Positions 28,872 through 39,504 of a stretch of 64,000 bases of DNA are shown piece after piece (within the stretch, counting starts at the first letter, position 1; the number at the start of each line of letters is the position of its first letter). Source of the DNA: Acidovorax sp. (GTDB taxonomy: Bacteria; Pseudomonadota; Gammaproteobacteria; Burkholderiales; Burkholderiaceae_C). Made by a program: the position numbers and the translations under genes. The stretch covers positions 1,541-65,540 of the forward strand of contig NZ_JAPUDY010000067.1 in NCBI RefSeq assembly GCF_027492855.1, given 5' to 3'. The notes under the pieces are model-generated. The model saw only the letters and a program-made list of their open reading frames with translations, was not told the DNA's origin and searched no databases.

Positions 28872-30347
28872 GTGAATTCCGCCGCCCCCCTGCCCTCCAC
28901 CCGCTCAGCTTTCGTCGCCCATTTCGCTGTATCGGCCCTGGCGCTGGCCGCAGCCATCCTGCTGGTCGGCTGCGCCAGCCCCGGCGCGCCACACACCCCG
29001 CTGGCGCAGACCACGCCCGCCGCCGTGGGGCTTGATGCAGCCACCGCCAGCGAAACCGCCGCGCCCAGCCAGTGGTGGAAAACGCTGGGCGACGAGCAAC
29101 TCAACACGCTGATCGACCAGGCCCTGCAAGGCAGCCCCAGCCTGGCCGTGAGCCGCGCGCGGCTGGAGCAGGCGGTGGCTCTCTCCCAGGTGCGTGAAGC
29201 TGCCAACGGCCCGCAAGCCAACCTGGGCGTGGACCTGACCCGCCAGCGCTACACCGCCAACGGCATGGTGCCCGCGCCCGTGGCGGGCAACACCTACAAC
29301 AGCGGCACCGTGCAGGCCACGCTGTCGTGGTCGCCCGACTTCTTCGGCCAACATGCTGCCGAGCTGCAGGCCGCCCTGGGCCAGGCCCGCGCCGCGCAGG
29401 CCGATGCCGCCGCAGCCGCCAACACCCTGGCCGCCCAGGTGGGCCGCAGCTATGTGGCGCTGGCCCGCCTGGTGGCGCAGCGCGACGTGGCCGTGCGCGC
29501 GCTGGACCAACGTGATGAGCAACTGCGCCTTACCCAGGAGCGCGTGGCCGCAGGCCTCGATAGCCAGGTCGAACTGACCCAGGCCCAGGCCGCCGTGCCC
29601 GATGCCCGCACCCAGATCGAGGCGCTGGAAGAACAAATCACCCTGGCGCGCCGCCAGATCGCCGTGCTCAGCGGCCAGGCACCCAATGCCCTGCCCGCAC
29701 TGGCCCCACAACTGGCCCGCCTGCAACCCACGGCCGTGCCCAACGCACTGGGCGCTGACCTGCTGGGCCGCCGCCCCGACGTGGTGGCCGCGCGCTGGCG
29801 CGTGGAAGCCGCGACCCAGGGCGTGAACAGCGCCCGCAGCGAGTTCTATCCCAACATCAACATCGGCGCCTTCATCGGCCTGAACGCGCTGGGCCTAGAC
29901 CACCTGTTCAACGGCAGCTCGCGCCAGTTGGGCATCACCCCCGCCCTGCGCCTGCCCCTCTTCGACGGCGGACGACTGCGCGCGCAACTGGGCGGCCGCC
30001 AGGCCGAGCTGGACGCGGCCATCGCCCAATACAACGGCGCCGTGCTCGACGCGGTGAAGGAAGCGGGCGACGCCATGGCATCGGTGCAGTCCCTCACGCG
30101 CCAGCAAACCCTGCAGGACGAAGCCGCCGCCAGCGCCGAGAAAGCCTACCGCTTTGCGCAAGAGCGCTACCGCGCGGGCCTGGGCAACTACCTGGTGGTG
30201 CTTACCACCGAAACCCAGGTGCTGGCCCAGCGCCGCCTGGCCGTGGACCTGCGCGCCCGCCAGCTCGATACCCGCCTGGTGCTGATGAAGGCCCTGGGTG
30301 GTGGCTGGACGGATGACACGGCCGTGCTGAAGACCGCAGCGCGGTAG
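28872..30347 (+). CDS. Efflux outer-membrane lipoprotein, NodT family
   Basis: GTG at 28872 after a GGAG. It has a lipobox (LLVGCAS), and WWKTLGDEQLNTLIDQAL is typical of OMF proteins. Confidence 0.85.
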   Translation: MNSAAPLPSTRSAFVAHFAVSALALAAAILLVGCASPGAPHTPLAQTTPAAVGLDAATASETAAPSQWWKTLGDEQLNTLIDQALQGSPSLAVSRARLEQAVALSQVREAANGPQANLGVDLTRQRYTANGMVPAPVAGNTYNSGTVQATLSWSPDFFGQHAAELQAALGQARAAQADAAAAANTLAAQVGRSYVALARLVAQRDVAVRALDQRDEQLRLTQERVAAGLDSQVELTQAQAAVPDARTQIEALEEQITLARRQIAVLSGQAPNALPALAPQLARLQPTAVPNALGADLLGRRPDVVAARWRVEAATQGVNSARSEFYPNINIGAFIGLNALGLDHLFNGSSRQLGITPALRLPLFDGGRLRAQLGGRQAELDAAIAQYNGAVLDAVKEAGDAMASVQSLTRQQTLQDEAAASAEKAYRFAQERYRAGLGNYLVVLTTETQVLAQRRLAVDLRARQLDTRLVLMKALGGGWTDDTAVLKTAAR

Positions 30348-30391
30348 GCACGGAAGTCCAGCAAGGCCCTGTTCATGCCAGTCCCCACCAC

Positions 30392-30451
30392 CCGTTCACG
30401 CTGAGCCAGTCGAAGCGCCGCACCAGGCTTCGACAAGCTCAGCCCGAACGG
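30392..30451. repeat. R2 palindromic repeat, copy c
   Basis: ccgttcacgctgagccagtcgaagcgccgcaccaggcttcgacaagctcagcccgaacgg. Confidence 0.85.
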
Positions 30452-30500
30452 TGGGGGGTAGAAAACCCGAACAACAACACATTCCTGAAAGACCACAGCC

Positions 30501-31838
30501 ATGAGCGAACCCATCACCGCCAATGAAGCCAACACCACCCGCCGCCGGGGCCTGACCCTGATTGCCGCCGCCGTGGCCATCGCCGCCATCGGCTGGGGTG
30601 GCTGGCACTGGGCCAACGGCCGCCATGTGGAAGCCACCGACAACGCCTACGTGGCGGGCAACGTGGTGCAGATCACGCCGCAGGTCGGCGGCACCGTGGT
30701 CTCCATCGGCGCCGACGACACCGACTACGTCAAGGCCGGGCAGTTGCTTGTGAAGCTCGACCCCGCCGACGCCCGCGTGGCGCTGGAGCAGGCTGAGGCC
30801 CAACTGGCGCAGACCGTGCGCGAGGTGCGCACCCTGTTCGCCAACAACTCCACCCTGAAGGCCCAGGTGAGCCTGCGCGGCGCCGACCTGGCACGCGCCC
30901 AGGCCGATGCCGCCCGCGCGCAGGACGACGTGAACCGCCGCACTCCGCTGATGGCGAGCGGCGCGGTGGGCAAGGAAGAGTTTCAGCACGCCACGGCGCA
31001 ATTGGCCGCCGCCAAGAGCATGGTGGCCGCCGCCCAGTCGGCCGTGGTGGCCGCGCAAGAGCAACTGGCCGCCAGCCAGACGCAAACCGAAGGCACCTCC
31101 ATCGAGCAGCACCCCAACGTGCAGCGTGCTTCGGCCCGCGTGCGCGAGGCGCATCTGGCCGTGCAGCGCGCCCAGCTCCTCGCGCCGCTCGACGGCCACG
31201 TGGCCAAGCGTGGCGTGCAAGTGGGCCAACGTGTGCAGGCCGGTGCCCCGCTGATGACGCTGGTGGCCCTGAACGACCTGTGGGTGGACGCGAATTTCAA
31301 GGAAAGCCAGTTGCAGAACCTGCGCATCGGCCAACCCGCCGAGCTGGTGGCCGATGTGTACGGCACCAAGGTGACCTACCACGGCACCGTGACCGGCCTG
31401 GGCGCGGGCACGGGCGCGGCCTTTGCGCTGCTGCCCGCGCAGAACGCCACCGGCAACTGGATCAAGGTGGTGCAGCGCGTGCCCGTGCGCATTGCGCTCG
31501 ACGCCAGCCAACTGGCCGAGCACCCGCTGCGCGTGGGCCTGTCGATGGATGTGAAGGTGGACACCGCCGACCAGAGCGGCAAGACCCTGTCCGACACCCA
31601 GCGCACCACACCCGTGGCCGCCACCAAGGTGTTTGATGAGCAGTTCAAGGCCGCAGACGACGAAGTGGCGCAGATCATTGCCGCCAACCTGGGCCGCAGC
31701 AAGCCCGCCGTGGCACTGGCTGCGCGCAAGACCAGCAGCGCCGCCGATACCAAGGCCCCGGCCGCCCAAGCAACAGCCCCCCGCGCCGAGCGGCACGCAT
31801 CGGCACCCGCCCCTGTGCCATCGCCCGCCGTTCAGTAA
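30501..31838 (+). CDS. emrA: HlyD/EmrA-family membrane fusion protein
   Basis: 445 aa with a single TM, then TDNAYVAGNVVQITPQVGGTVVSI and coiled-coil regions. Confidence 0.85.
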   Translation: MSEPITANEANTTRRRGLTLIAAAVAIAAIGWGGWHWANGRHVEATDNAYVAGNVVQITPQVGGTVVSIGADDTDYVKAGQLLVKLDPADARVALEQAEAQLAQTVREVRTLFANNSTLKAQVSLRGADLARAQADAARAQDDVNRRTPLMASGAVGKEEFQHATAQLAAAKSMVAAAQSAVVAAQEQLAASQTQTEGTSIEQHPNVQRASARVREAHLAVQRAQLLAPLDGHVAKRGVQVGQRVQAGAPLMTLVALNDLWVDANFKESQLQNLRIGQPAELVADVYGTKVTYHGTVTGLGAGTGAAFALLPAQNATGNWIKVVQRVPVRIALDASQLAEHPLRVGLSMDVKVDTADQSGKTLSDTQRTTPVAATKVFDEQFKAADDEVAQIIAANLGRSKPAVALAARKTSSAADTKAPAAQATAPRAERHASAPAPVPSPAVQ

Positions 31839-31850
31839 ACCGGGGCCCGC

Positions 31851-33467
31851 ATGACTGCCGCCAACCCCACCGCAGACCAGGCGCCCGCCACGGCGCCGCC
31901 ACCGGCTGCACCACAACCACCGGCCTCTTACTCGCCGCTCAAGGGCACGGCCCTGCTGCTGGGCACGCTGTCGCTGTCGCTGGCCACGTTCATGAACGTG
32001 CTGGATTCGTCTATCGCCAACGTCTCCATCCCCGCCATCTCCGGCGACCTGGGCGTGAGCCCCACCCAGGGCACCTGGGTCATCACCAGCTTTGGTGTGG
32101 CCAATGCCATTTCGGTGCCGCTCACCGGCTGGCTCACGCAGCGCTTTGGCGCCGTGCGCCTGTTCACCATGAGCGTGCTTCTGTTCGTGCTCACCTCCTG
32201 GCTGTGCGGTTTTGCCTGGTCGCTGGAGGCGCTGGTGTTCTTTCGCGTGCTGCAAGGCCTGGTGGCCGGGCCGATGATTCCGCTCAGCCAAACCCTGCTG
32301 CTCGCCAGCTACCCCAAGGCCCTGGCGGGCACCGCCCTGGCCCTGTGGGGGGTGACCACGCTGGTCGCACCCGTGGTGGGGCCGCTCTTGGGCGGCTGGA
32401 TCACCGACAACATCTCCTGGCCGTGGATCTTCTACATCAACGTGCCCGTGGGCCTGCTGGCCGGGGCGCTCACCTGGGGCATCTACCGCCAGCGCGAAAC
32501 CCCCATCCGCAAGCTGCCCATCGACACCGTGGGCCTGAGCCTGCTGGTGCTGTGGGTGGGCGCGCTACAGCTCATGCTCGACAAGGGCAAAGAGCTCGAC
32601 TGGTTCGCCTCGGGCGAGATCATCGCCATGGCCGTGACTGCGGTGATCGCCTTCGCCGTGTTCCTGGTGTGGGAGCTGACTGAAAAACACCCGGTGGTGG
32701 ACTTGAAGCTCTTCAAGGGCCGCAACTTCACCTTTGGCGCGCTGGCGCTGTCGGTGGCCTATGCGCTGTTCTTCGGCAACGTGGTGCTGCTGCCGCTGTG
32801 GCTGCAGCAGTGGATGGGCTACACCGCCACGTCCGCCGGCATGGCGCTGGCGCCGGTGGGCATCTTCGCCATCGTGCTCACGCCGCTGGTGGGCAAAAAG
32901 GTGGGCCAGTGGGACCCGCGCCGCATGGCCACCGTGGCCTTCATGGTGTTCAGCCTGGTGCTGTGGATGCGCTCGCAGTTCACGGTGCAGACCGACTTCA
33001 TCCACATCCTCATCCCCACCCTGCTGCAGGGCGCGGCCATGGCGTTTTTCTTCATCCCGCTGACCACGCTCACCCTGGCGGGCATACCGCCCAGCCACAT
33101 CCCGGCGGCGGCGGGCCTGTCGAACTTCGTGCGGATCACCGCCGGGGCCATGGGCACGTCCATCGCCACCACGCTGTGGGAGAACCGTGCCGCCATGCAC
33201 CATGCCCACCTGACCGAAGGGCTGGTGCAAGGCCAGGGCGTGTTTGCGCAGACGCTCGATCAGCTCACCGCGTCCGGCCTCACGCAGTTGCAGGCGCTGG
33301 CGCAGGTGAACCGATTGATTGACCAGCAAGCATTCACCCGTGCAGCCAATGACATCTTCTTGGGATCGGCTGTTCTGTTCCTGATGCTGATTGGGCTGAT
33401 CTGGCTGACCAAACGGCCACCCAAAGTCTCAGGCGGCGCGGCGGTGGACGCGGGCGGCGCACATTGA
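31851..33467 (+). CDS. emrB: DHA2-family MFS multidrug efflux permease (EmrB/QacA type, 14 TM)
   Basis: 538 aa containing LATFMNVLDSSIANVSIPAISGDLG. Confidence 0.88.
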   Translation: MTAANPTADQAPATAPPPAAPQPPASYSPLKGTALLLGTLSLSLATFMNVLDSSIANVSIPAISGDLGVSPTQGTWVITSFGVANAISVPLTGWLTQRFGAVRLFTMSVLLFVLTSWLCGFAWSLEALVFFRVLQGLVAGPMIPLSQTLLLASYPKALAGTALALWGVTTLVAPVVGPLLGGWITDNISWPWIFYINVPVGLLAGALTWGIYRQRETPIRKLPIDTVGLSLLVLWVGALQLMLDKGKELDWFASGEIIAMAVTAVIAFAVFLVWELTEKHPVVDLKLFKGRNFTFGALALSVAYALFFGNVVLLPLWLQQWMGYTATSAGMALAPVGIFAIVLTPLVGKKVGQWDPRRMATVAFMVFSLVLWMRSQFTVQTDFIHILIPTLLQGAAMAFFFIPLTTLTLAGIPPSHIPAAAGLSNFVRITAGAMGTSIATTLWENRAAMHHAHLTEGLVQGQGVFAQTLDQLTASGLTQLQALAQVNRLIDQQAFTRAANDIFLGSAVLFLMLIGLIWLTKRPPKVSGGAAVDAGGAH

Positions 33468-33470
33468 GCA

Positions 33471-33529
33471 TAAAAATAGCTGCTTTCGCTTATTCAACAA
33501 GCGCAAGCAGCTATGTTTTTAGTAGCAAA
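33471..33529 (+). repeat. R1 repeat, copy G
   Basis: aaaaatagctgctttcgcttattcaacaagcgcaagcagctatgtttttagtagcaaat. The stem AGCTGCTTTCGCTT/AAGCGCAAGCAGCT pairs at 13 of 14 positions. Confidence 0.85.
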
Positions 33530-33568
33530 TACCGCCATCCCTCACGCTGGGACCGCCGCTCCGGGGCC

Positions 33569-34150
33569 TTATGCAGCGCCCATACGCCACTCCGCCTTGG
33601 CAAACGCCGTGGTCAGCGCAGCAAATTCGGCCTGGCTCACCACGCCGTCCGCGTTGCCGCCCTGGTCCATGACCTGCAGCACCGCCTGGGACAGCGCGCT
33701 GCCCGGCTTGTGGATCGAGGTGTCGGACAAGCCCTTGAGAAACTCCGCATGCGAGATGCGGCCGTCCTGATTGGCATCAAACCCCGCCGTGATCTGCTCC
33801 TTTTGCACATCATCGGCCCCAAAGCGGGTAAGCAGCTCCTTGAAATCCTGCGTGGAGACAGAGCCTCCCGCCGCCATCCGCCCCGCTCCGGAGCCACCAC
33901 CACCGGCAACACGCTGCGTGGCCGACAAGGCGCCGCTGGCCGCGTCCTGCGACACCAGCACGCCCTTCCCGGCAAAACCCGCCAGGGCCTCGGCCTGGGG
34001 GCTGAGCATGACCACGGACGAAGGCTGCGCATCGGGCACATCGCTGCTGCCGCGCCGCGATGCGGCGGATTTTGCAGAACTCTCCGATGTCGCGTTGAAG
34101 ATCAGCGAAGCAACCGATGCAAGACCTGAAATAAGCGGTGACATGGCCAT
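33569..34150 (-). CDS. EF-hand calcium-binding domain protein
   Basis: ATG at 34150 after a GAGGAG. Two EF-hand loops are present (DANQDGRISHAEF and DQGGNADGVVSQAEF). Confidence 0.7.
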   Translation of the reverse strand: MAMSPLISGLASVASLIFNATSESSAKSAASRRGSSDVPDAQPSSVVMLSPQAEALAGFAGKGVLVSQDAASGALSATQRVAGGGGSGAGRMAAGGSVSTQDFKELLTRFGADDVQKEQITAGFDANQDGRISHAEFLKGLSDTSIHKPGSALSQAVLQVMDQGGNADGVVSQAEFAALTTAFAKAEWRMGAA

Positions 34151-34348
34151 GAACTCCTCGTGGCGACAGCTTCGGCCCCCTGAAATCCATCCAGCGGTCA
34201 CCGCTTCGCCCTGTGGCGAAAGAGTAAAGAACCCCAGCGCCCGGTGATCGCGCGATAAGCCGTGGGTTTGGGGGCTACTTCAGCGGGTGCATGGCGCGGC
34301 GTGTTGCGGACAGCTCAGGCTATTGAATCGGCATCCATCCACTGAAAA

Positions 34349-34375
34349 CCGTTCACACTGAGCCCGTCGAAGCGC
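34349..34375. repeat. R2 repeat, half copy d
   Basis: ccgttcacactgagcccgtcgaagcgc; only the left arm is present. Confidence 0.6.
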
Positions 34376-34418
34376 GGCGCTGCAAAGCCATGGCCGCGAT
34401 CCTAGCGTGGCCTCAGCG

Positions 34419-35318
34419 TCAATCCGCAGACCCCGGCAGCAACACCCCCTGCTGGGCCGCCACCGTTTCGCGCAGAAACGCCCAGGTGGCCTGGATGCGG
34501 GCCACGTGTTTGTTCTCTTCCGGCATCGACATCCAGAAAGTGCGGGTGAACCGTGCCGAGCCGGGCAGAACGGCTGTCAGTGCGGGGTCTTGCGCCGCCA
34601 CGAACGCGGGCAGCACCGCCAGCCCGGCCCCGGCACGCACCGCCTCGTACTGGGCCTGGATGCTGGTGCTGCGCAGCGCAAAGTGCGCGGGGCGGTGCAA
34701 TTCGTCCAGGATCTGCAGCTCCTTGGTGAACAGCAGGTCGTCCACGTAGCTGATGAAGCTGTGGCCGCGCAGGTCGTCGGGCGTGAGGATGGGGGCATGG
34801 CGCTCCAGATAGCCGCGCGCGGCGAAGAGCTGCAGCACGTAGTCAGTGAGCTTGACCATCAGCACCGCACCACGCGCCGGGCGCTCCAGCGAGATGACGA
34901 TATCGGCCTCGCGCCGCGACAGGTGCACCAGGCGCGGCAGGGCCAGCAGGTCCACCACCAGCCCAGGGTGGCTCTGCGCAAAACGCGCAAGCTGCGGCGC
35001 CAGGATCAGGTTGCCAAAGCCCTCCGTGGTGCCGATGCGCACCAGGCCGTGCAGGCCCTGGCGTACACCGGGGGCTGCGTTTTCCACCGCCAGAAAGGCG
35101 GCCTCCATGGCCTCGACCTGGGGCAGCAGCGCACGCCCGGCCTCGGTCAGCCGGTGGCCGCCCGCCTCGCGAGCAAACAGGGCCGAGCCCGCCTGCTTTT
35201 CCAGCGCCTGCAGGCGGCGCGCCACGGTGGTGTGGTCCACCGCCAGGCGGCGGGCGGCGCCCACCAGCGTGCCAGCGCGGGCGAGTTCCAGAAAATAGCG
35301 CAGGTTGTCCCAGTCCAT
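34419..35318 (-). CDS. LysR-family regulator, divergent from mmsA (MmsR-like role inferred)
   Basis: ATG at 35318, MDWDNLRYFLELARAGTLVGAARRLAVDHTTVARRLQALE, 299 aa. Confidence 0.85.
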   Translation of the reverse strand: MDWDNLRYFLELARAGTLVGAARRLAVDHTTVARRLQALEKQAGSALFAREAGGHRLTEAGRALLPQVEAMEAAFLAVENAAPGVRQGLHGLVRIGTTEGFGNLILAPQLARFAQSHPGLVVDLLALPRLVHLSRREADIVISLERPARGAVLMVKLTDYVLQLFAARGYLERHAPILTPDDLRGHSFISYVDDLLFTKELQILDELHRPAHFALRSTSIQAQYEAVRAGAGLAVLPAFVAAQDPALTAVLPGSARFTRTFWMSMPEENKHVARIQATWAFLRETVAAQQGVLLPGSAD

Positions 35319-35486
35319 TGGGCAGTCCTTGGTTATTGGCGTGTGTATGGGTGTGCATTTTTGCAAACCCCGTGCGCATCATTGTCTATTGTCTTCACAA
35401 TTTCGCACAGCTACCATGGCGAGGCTTAGAACCTGTTCTTAGGGCTGCTGGCCCACACTTTGGCATCATCTTCAGGAGACAACTGC

Positions 35487-37010
35487 ATGAACGCACCCAC
35501 CAACGTGGCCGCCCTGGCCCCCACCGTCAAGCTGCTGATCGGCGGCCAGTTCGTCGAGTCCAAGACCACCGAATGGCGCGATGTGGTCAACCCCGCCACG
35601 CAAGAGGTGCTGGCCCGCGTGCCGTTTGCCACGGCTGAAGAGATCGATGCCGCCGTGGCCTCGGCCAAGGAAGCGTTCAAGACCTGGAAGAAGACCCCCA
35701 TCGGCGCACGTGCCCGCATCTTCCTCAAGTACCAGCAGCTCATCCGTGAAAACATGGCCGAACTGGCCGCCATCCTGACGGCCGAGCAAGGCAAGACCCT
35801 GCCGGACGCCGAAGGCGATGTGTTCCGTGGCCTCGAAGTGGTGGAGCACGCCGCCAGCATCGGCAACCTGCAGCTGGGCGAGCTGGCCAACAACGTGGCC
35901 GGTGGCGTCGATACCTACACGCTGCTGCAGCCCCTGGGCGTGTGCGCTGGCATCACGCCCTTCAACTTCCCGGCCATGATCCCGCTGTGGATGTTCCCCA
36001 TGGCGATTGCCACGGGCAATACCTTCGTGCTCAAGCCATCCGAGCAAGACCCCATGGTGACGATGCGCCTGGTGGAGCTGGCGCTCGAAGCGGGCATCCC
36101 CCCTGGCGTGCTCAACGTGATCCACGGCGGCGAGATGGCCGTGAACGCCATCTGCGACCACAAGGACATCAAGGCCGTGTCGTTCGTGGGCTCCACCAAG
36201 GTGGGCACCCATGTGTACAACCGCGCCACCCTGGCCGGCAAGCGTGCGCAATGCATGATGGGCGCCAAGAACCACGCCATCATCCTGCCCGACGCGAACA
36301 AGGAACAGTCGCTCAACGCCATTGCCGGTGCCGCGTTTGGCGCAGCCGGCCAGCGCTGCATGGCCCTGCCCGTGGTGGTGCTGGTGGGCGAGGCGCAAAA
36401 GTGGGTTCCCGAACTGGTGGCCAAGGCCAAGACGCTCAAGGTCAACGGCGGCACCGAAAAGGGCACCGATGTGGGGCCGCTGGTGTCCTGCGCAGCCCTC
36501 GCCCGCGTGGAAGGCCTGATCGAACGCGGCATTGCCGACGGTGCCACGCTGGAGCTGGACGGCCGCAAGCCCACGGTGCCCGGCTATGAAAAGGGCAACT
36601 TCGTGGGCCCGACGATCTTCTCGAACGTGAAGCCCGGCATGGCCATCTACGACCAGGAGATCTTTGGCCCCGTGCTGGCCCTGGTGCCCGCCGCCGACAT
36701 CGACGAAGCCATCGAATTCATCAACAGCAACCCCAACGGCAACGGCACGGCCATCTTCACCCAGTCGGGTGCGGCAGCGCGCAAGTTCCAGGAAGAAATC
36801 GACGTGGGCCAGGTCGGCATCAACGTGCCAATCCCCGTGCCGGTGCCGCTGTTCTCGTTCACGGGTTCGCGCGCGTCCAAGCTGGGCGACCTGGGCCCTT
36901 ACGGCAAGCAGGTCATCATGTTCTACACGCAGACCAAGACGGTGACGGCCCGCTGGTTTGACGACAGCACCACGTCGCAGGGTGTGAACACCACCATTAG
37001 CTTGAAGTAA
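35487..37010 (+). CDS. mmsA: CoA-acylating methylmalonate-semialdehyde dehydrogenase
   Basis: ATG at 35487 after AGGAG, 507 aa. [10 protein letters not shown] and the other aldehyde dehydrogenase motifs are typical of MmsA. Confidence 0.9.
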   Translation: MNAPTNVAALAPTVKLLIGGQFVESKTTEWRDVVNPATQEVLARVPFATAEEIDAAVASAKEAFKTWKKTPIGARARIFLKYQQLIRENMAELAAILTAEQGKTLPDAEGDVFRGLEVVEHAASIGNLQLGELANNVAGGVDTYTLLQPLGVCAGITPFNFPAMIPLWMFPMAIATGNTFVLKPSEQDPMVTMRLVELALEAGIPPGVLNVIHGGEMAVNAICDHKDIKAVSFVGSTKVGTHVYNRATLAGKRAQCMMGAKNHAIILPDANKEQSLNAIAGAAFGAAGQRCMALPVVVLVGEAQKWVPELVAKAKTLKVNGGTEKGTDVGPLVSCAALARVEGLIERGIADGATLELDGRKPTVPGYEKGNFVGPTIFSNVKPGMAIYDQEIFGPVLALVPAADIDEAIEFINSNPNGNGTAIFTQSGAAARKFQEEIDVGQVGINVPIPVPVPLFSFTGSRASKLGDLGPYGKQVIMFYTQTKTVTARWFDDSTTSQGVNTTISLK

Positions 37011-37060
37011 TCGCTGCCAGGGTTCGATGCATACCGCGCTGCCCGCGAGAAAAAGCAAAC

Positions 37061-37198
37061 CCGTTCACGCTGAGCCTGCCTGTCCTGAGCTTCGTCGAAG
37101 GGTCGAAGCGCCGCGCAGGGCTTCGACAGGCTCAGCCCGAACGGCTGGGGGGCGGCTATGCAACTCGTTCACCGTTCCGCCTGAGCTTGTCGAAGGCC
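37061..37198. repeat. R2 repeat, composite copy e (full copy with an internal insertion plus a partial copy)
   Basis: ccgttcacgctgagcctgcctgtcctgagcttcgtcgaagggtcgaagcgccgcgcagggcttcgacaggctcagcccgaacgg, then ..gttcaccgttccgcctgagcttgtcgaagg. Confidence 0.75.
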
Positions 37199-37234
37199 CT
37201 GCGAACAGCGCGTTGGCGGTGTTAAAACCAGGCC

Positions 37235-37660
37235 ATGCAACTGAACCCACCGAAGATGAACGCGGCTGCTTGGATCTTCGCCGCTCTGCTATCCTGCATG
37301 GCGACGTTGAACACGCCGCAAGCGCTTGCCCAGGCCGGCGCTGCCTGCAAGCCCGGCGGCAGCGTGGACGAAACCAATGCCTGTGCCGTGCAGGCCTTCC
37401 AGGCCGCAGACACGCAGATCGCCATCCTCTACGGCGACGTGATGCGCGCGCTGTCGGCCCATGAGCGGCCCCAGTTGCGCCAGGAGCACAGTGCCTGGCA
37501 GCGCGAGCGCACCACCCGCTGCAAGCAGGCCACGCGCAGTGCCGAGTCGCAGCCGCAGTGGCCCCGCCTGTACAACGAATGCCTGAGCGCCGAAACCGAG
37601 GCACGCCGCAAGGGCCTGATGCGCTGGCTGACGCTGGACCATCCGTCCGCGAAACCCTAA
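37235..37660 (+). CDS. Secreted DUF1311 / LprI-like protein
   Basis: 141 aa; an alternative start is at 37256. After the signal peptide come C..C..AD..L...Y and W.RER...C patterns. Confidence 0.6.
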   Translation: MQLNPPKMNAAAWIFAALLSCMATLNTPQALAQAGAACKPGGSVDETNACAVQAFQAADTQIAILYGDVMRALSAHERPQLRQEHSAWQRERTTRCKQATRSAESQPQWPRLYNECLSAETEARRKGLMRWLTLDHPSAKP

Positions 37661-37696
37661 CCAAAACAACAAGAACCAACGAGGCAGACACACACC

Positions 37697-38863
37697 ATGG
37701 ACTTTGAACTCTCCGAAGAACAACGCGCCTTTGCCCAGACGGCCCGCGACTTTGCGCAAGCGGAGTTCGCACCCCACGCAGCGTTGTGGGATGCAGAAGG
37801 CATCTTCCCCAAGGAAGCCATCGCCAAGGCCGGTGAACTGGGCTTTTGTGGCCTGTACGCCCCCGAGGCCGCCGGTGGCCTCGCCCTGCCCCGCCTGGAC
37901 GCCACGCTGGTCTTCGAGGAAATGGCCGCCATCGACCCCAGCACCACCGCTTTCATCACCATCCACAACATGGCCACCTGGATGCTGGGCACCTGGGCCA
38001 CCCCCGCCGTGCGCGACCACTGGGGCCCGCTGCTCACCACAGGCGAAAAACTCGCGTCCTATTGCCTGACCGAGCCCGGCGCAGGCTCGGACGCCGCCTC
38101 GCTCAAGACCCGTGCCGAACTGGTGGGCCACGAATACGTCATCAACGGCAGCAAGGCCTTCATCAGCGGCGCGGGCAGCACCGACGTGCTGGTGCTCATG
38201 GCCCGCACGGGCGATGCGCAATCTGGAGCAGGCGGCATCAGCGCCTTTGCCGTGCCCGCCGACACACCGGGCATCACCTACGGCAAGAAGGAACACAAAA
38301 TGGGCTGGAACAGCCAGCCCACGCGCACCATCAGTTTTGACAACGTGCGCATCCCCACCGATCACCTGCTGGGCCGCGAGGGCGAAGGCTTCAAGATCGC
38401 GATGAAGGGCCTCGATGGCGGCCGCATCAACATCGCCACCTGCTCGGTGGGCGCCGCGCAGGGCGCCCTCAACGCAGCGCAGCAATACATGCAAGACCGC
38501 AAGCAGTTCGGCAAACCCATCGCCAGCTTCCAGGCGCTGCAGTTCAAGCTGGCCGACATGGCAACAGAGCTGGTCGCCGCGCGCCAGATGGTGCGCCTGG
38601 CCGCAAGCAAGCTCGACGCAGGCGCCCGCGACGCCAGCACCTACTGCGCCATGGCCAAGCGCTTTGCCACCGATGCGGGGTTCAACGTCATCAACGACGC
38701 CCTGCAACTGCACGGCGGCTACGGCTACATCCGCGAGTACCCGCTGGAGCGCCTGCTGCGCGACGCGCGCGTGCACCAGATCCTGGAAGGCACCAACGAA
38801 ATCATGCGCGTGATCATTGCGCGGCGCATGCTGGATGGGGATGCGACTGAGGTGGTTCGTTAA
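37697..38863 (+). CDS. Acyl-CoA dehydrogenase (isobutyryl-CoA dehydrogenase-like)
   Basis: 388 aa with CLTEPGAGSDAAS and QLHGGYGYIREYPLERLLRDARV, in a valine catabolism context. Confidence 0.88.
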   Translation: MDFELSEEQRAFAQTARDFAQAEFAPHAALWDAEGIFPKEAIAKAGELGFCGLYAPEAAGGLALPRLDATLVFEEMAAIDPSTTAFITIHNMATWMLGTWATPAVRDHWGPLLTTGEKLASYCLTEPGAGSDAASLKTRAELVGHEYVINGSKAFISGAGSTDVLVLMARTGDAQSGAGGISAFAVPADTPGITYGKKEHKMGWNSQPTRTISFDNVRIPTDHLLGREGEGFKIAMKGLDGGRINIATCSVGAAQGALNAAQQYMQDRKQFGKPIASFQALQFKLADMATELVAARQMVRLAASKLDAGARDASTYCAMAKRFATDAGFNVINDALQLHGGYGYIREYPLERLLRDARVHQILEGTNEIMRVIIARRMLDGDATEVVR

Positions 38864-38885
38864 CAAGCCGCTGCACTTGCTCGCT

Positions 38886-39503
38886 ATGGATATGCAGGAA
38901 GCCCGCCCAACCACTCCCGAAAAGACTTTGCTGAGTACGGCCGTTTTGGCTGTGCACAAAGATGGAGAACACCGTTTCTCCAAACAGTCGACTCAGCAAA
39001 TTCACCTCCTGCAAGGCCTCGGCGTGGAGGGCGATGCACATTGCGGCAGCAAAGTTCAGCATCGCTCTCGGGTCAAGGCCAATCCAGACCAGCCCAATCT
39101 ACGGCAGGTGCATCTCATCTCGGCATCGCTGCTTGAACATGTACAAGCCATGGGGTTTGAGGTTGCAGCGGGGCAGCTAGGAGAAAACATCACCCTGGCT
39201 TCCGCGCCCGGCTTGCGGTGGGACGACCTGATTGCCCTGCCGGTTGGTACGCGGGTGGTCTTCGAATCAACAGACGCCCCCTTCCCCACCCTGGAACTGA
39301 CGGGGTTGCGCAATCCCTGCCCACAAATTGACGCTTTCCAGCCTGGCTTGCTCGCCGCGCTCTTAGGAAAAACAGAGCAGGGGCAATTACTTCGCAAGGC
39401 GGGGGTGATGGCCGTGGTGCGGCAAGGTGGTTTCATCTCACCGGGCTGCAAGGCTACATTCCAGCTTCCGCATCCGCCTCATCGCCCGATGGAGCGCGTC
39501 TGA
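38886..39503 (+). CDS. MOSC domain protein
   Basis: ATG at 38886, 205 aa, with GVEGDAH, GENITL and LTGLRNPC patterns. GC is lower than in its neighbours. Confidence 0.65.
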   Translation: MDMQEARPTTPEKTLLSTAVLAVHKDGEHRFSKQSTQQIHLLQGLGVEGDAHCGSKVQHRSRVKANPDQPNLRQVHLISASLLEHVQAMGFEVAAGQLGENITLASAPGLRWDDLIALPVGTRVVFESTDAPFPTLELTGLRNPCPQIDAFQPGLLAALLGKTEQGQLLRKAGVMAVVRQGGFISPGCKATFQLPHPPHRPMERV

Positions 39504-39504
39504 C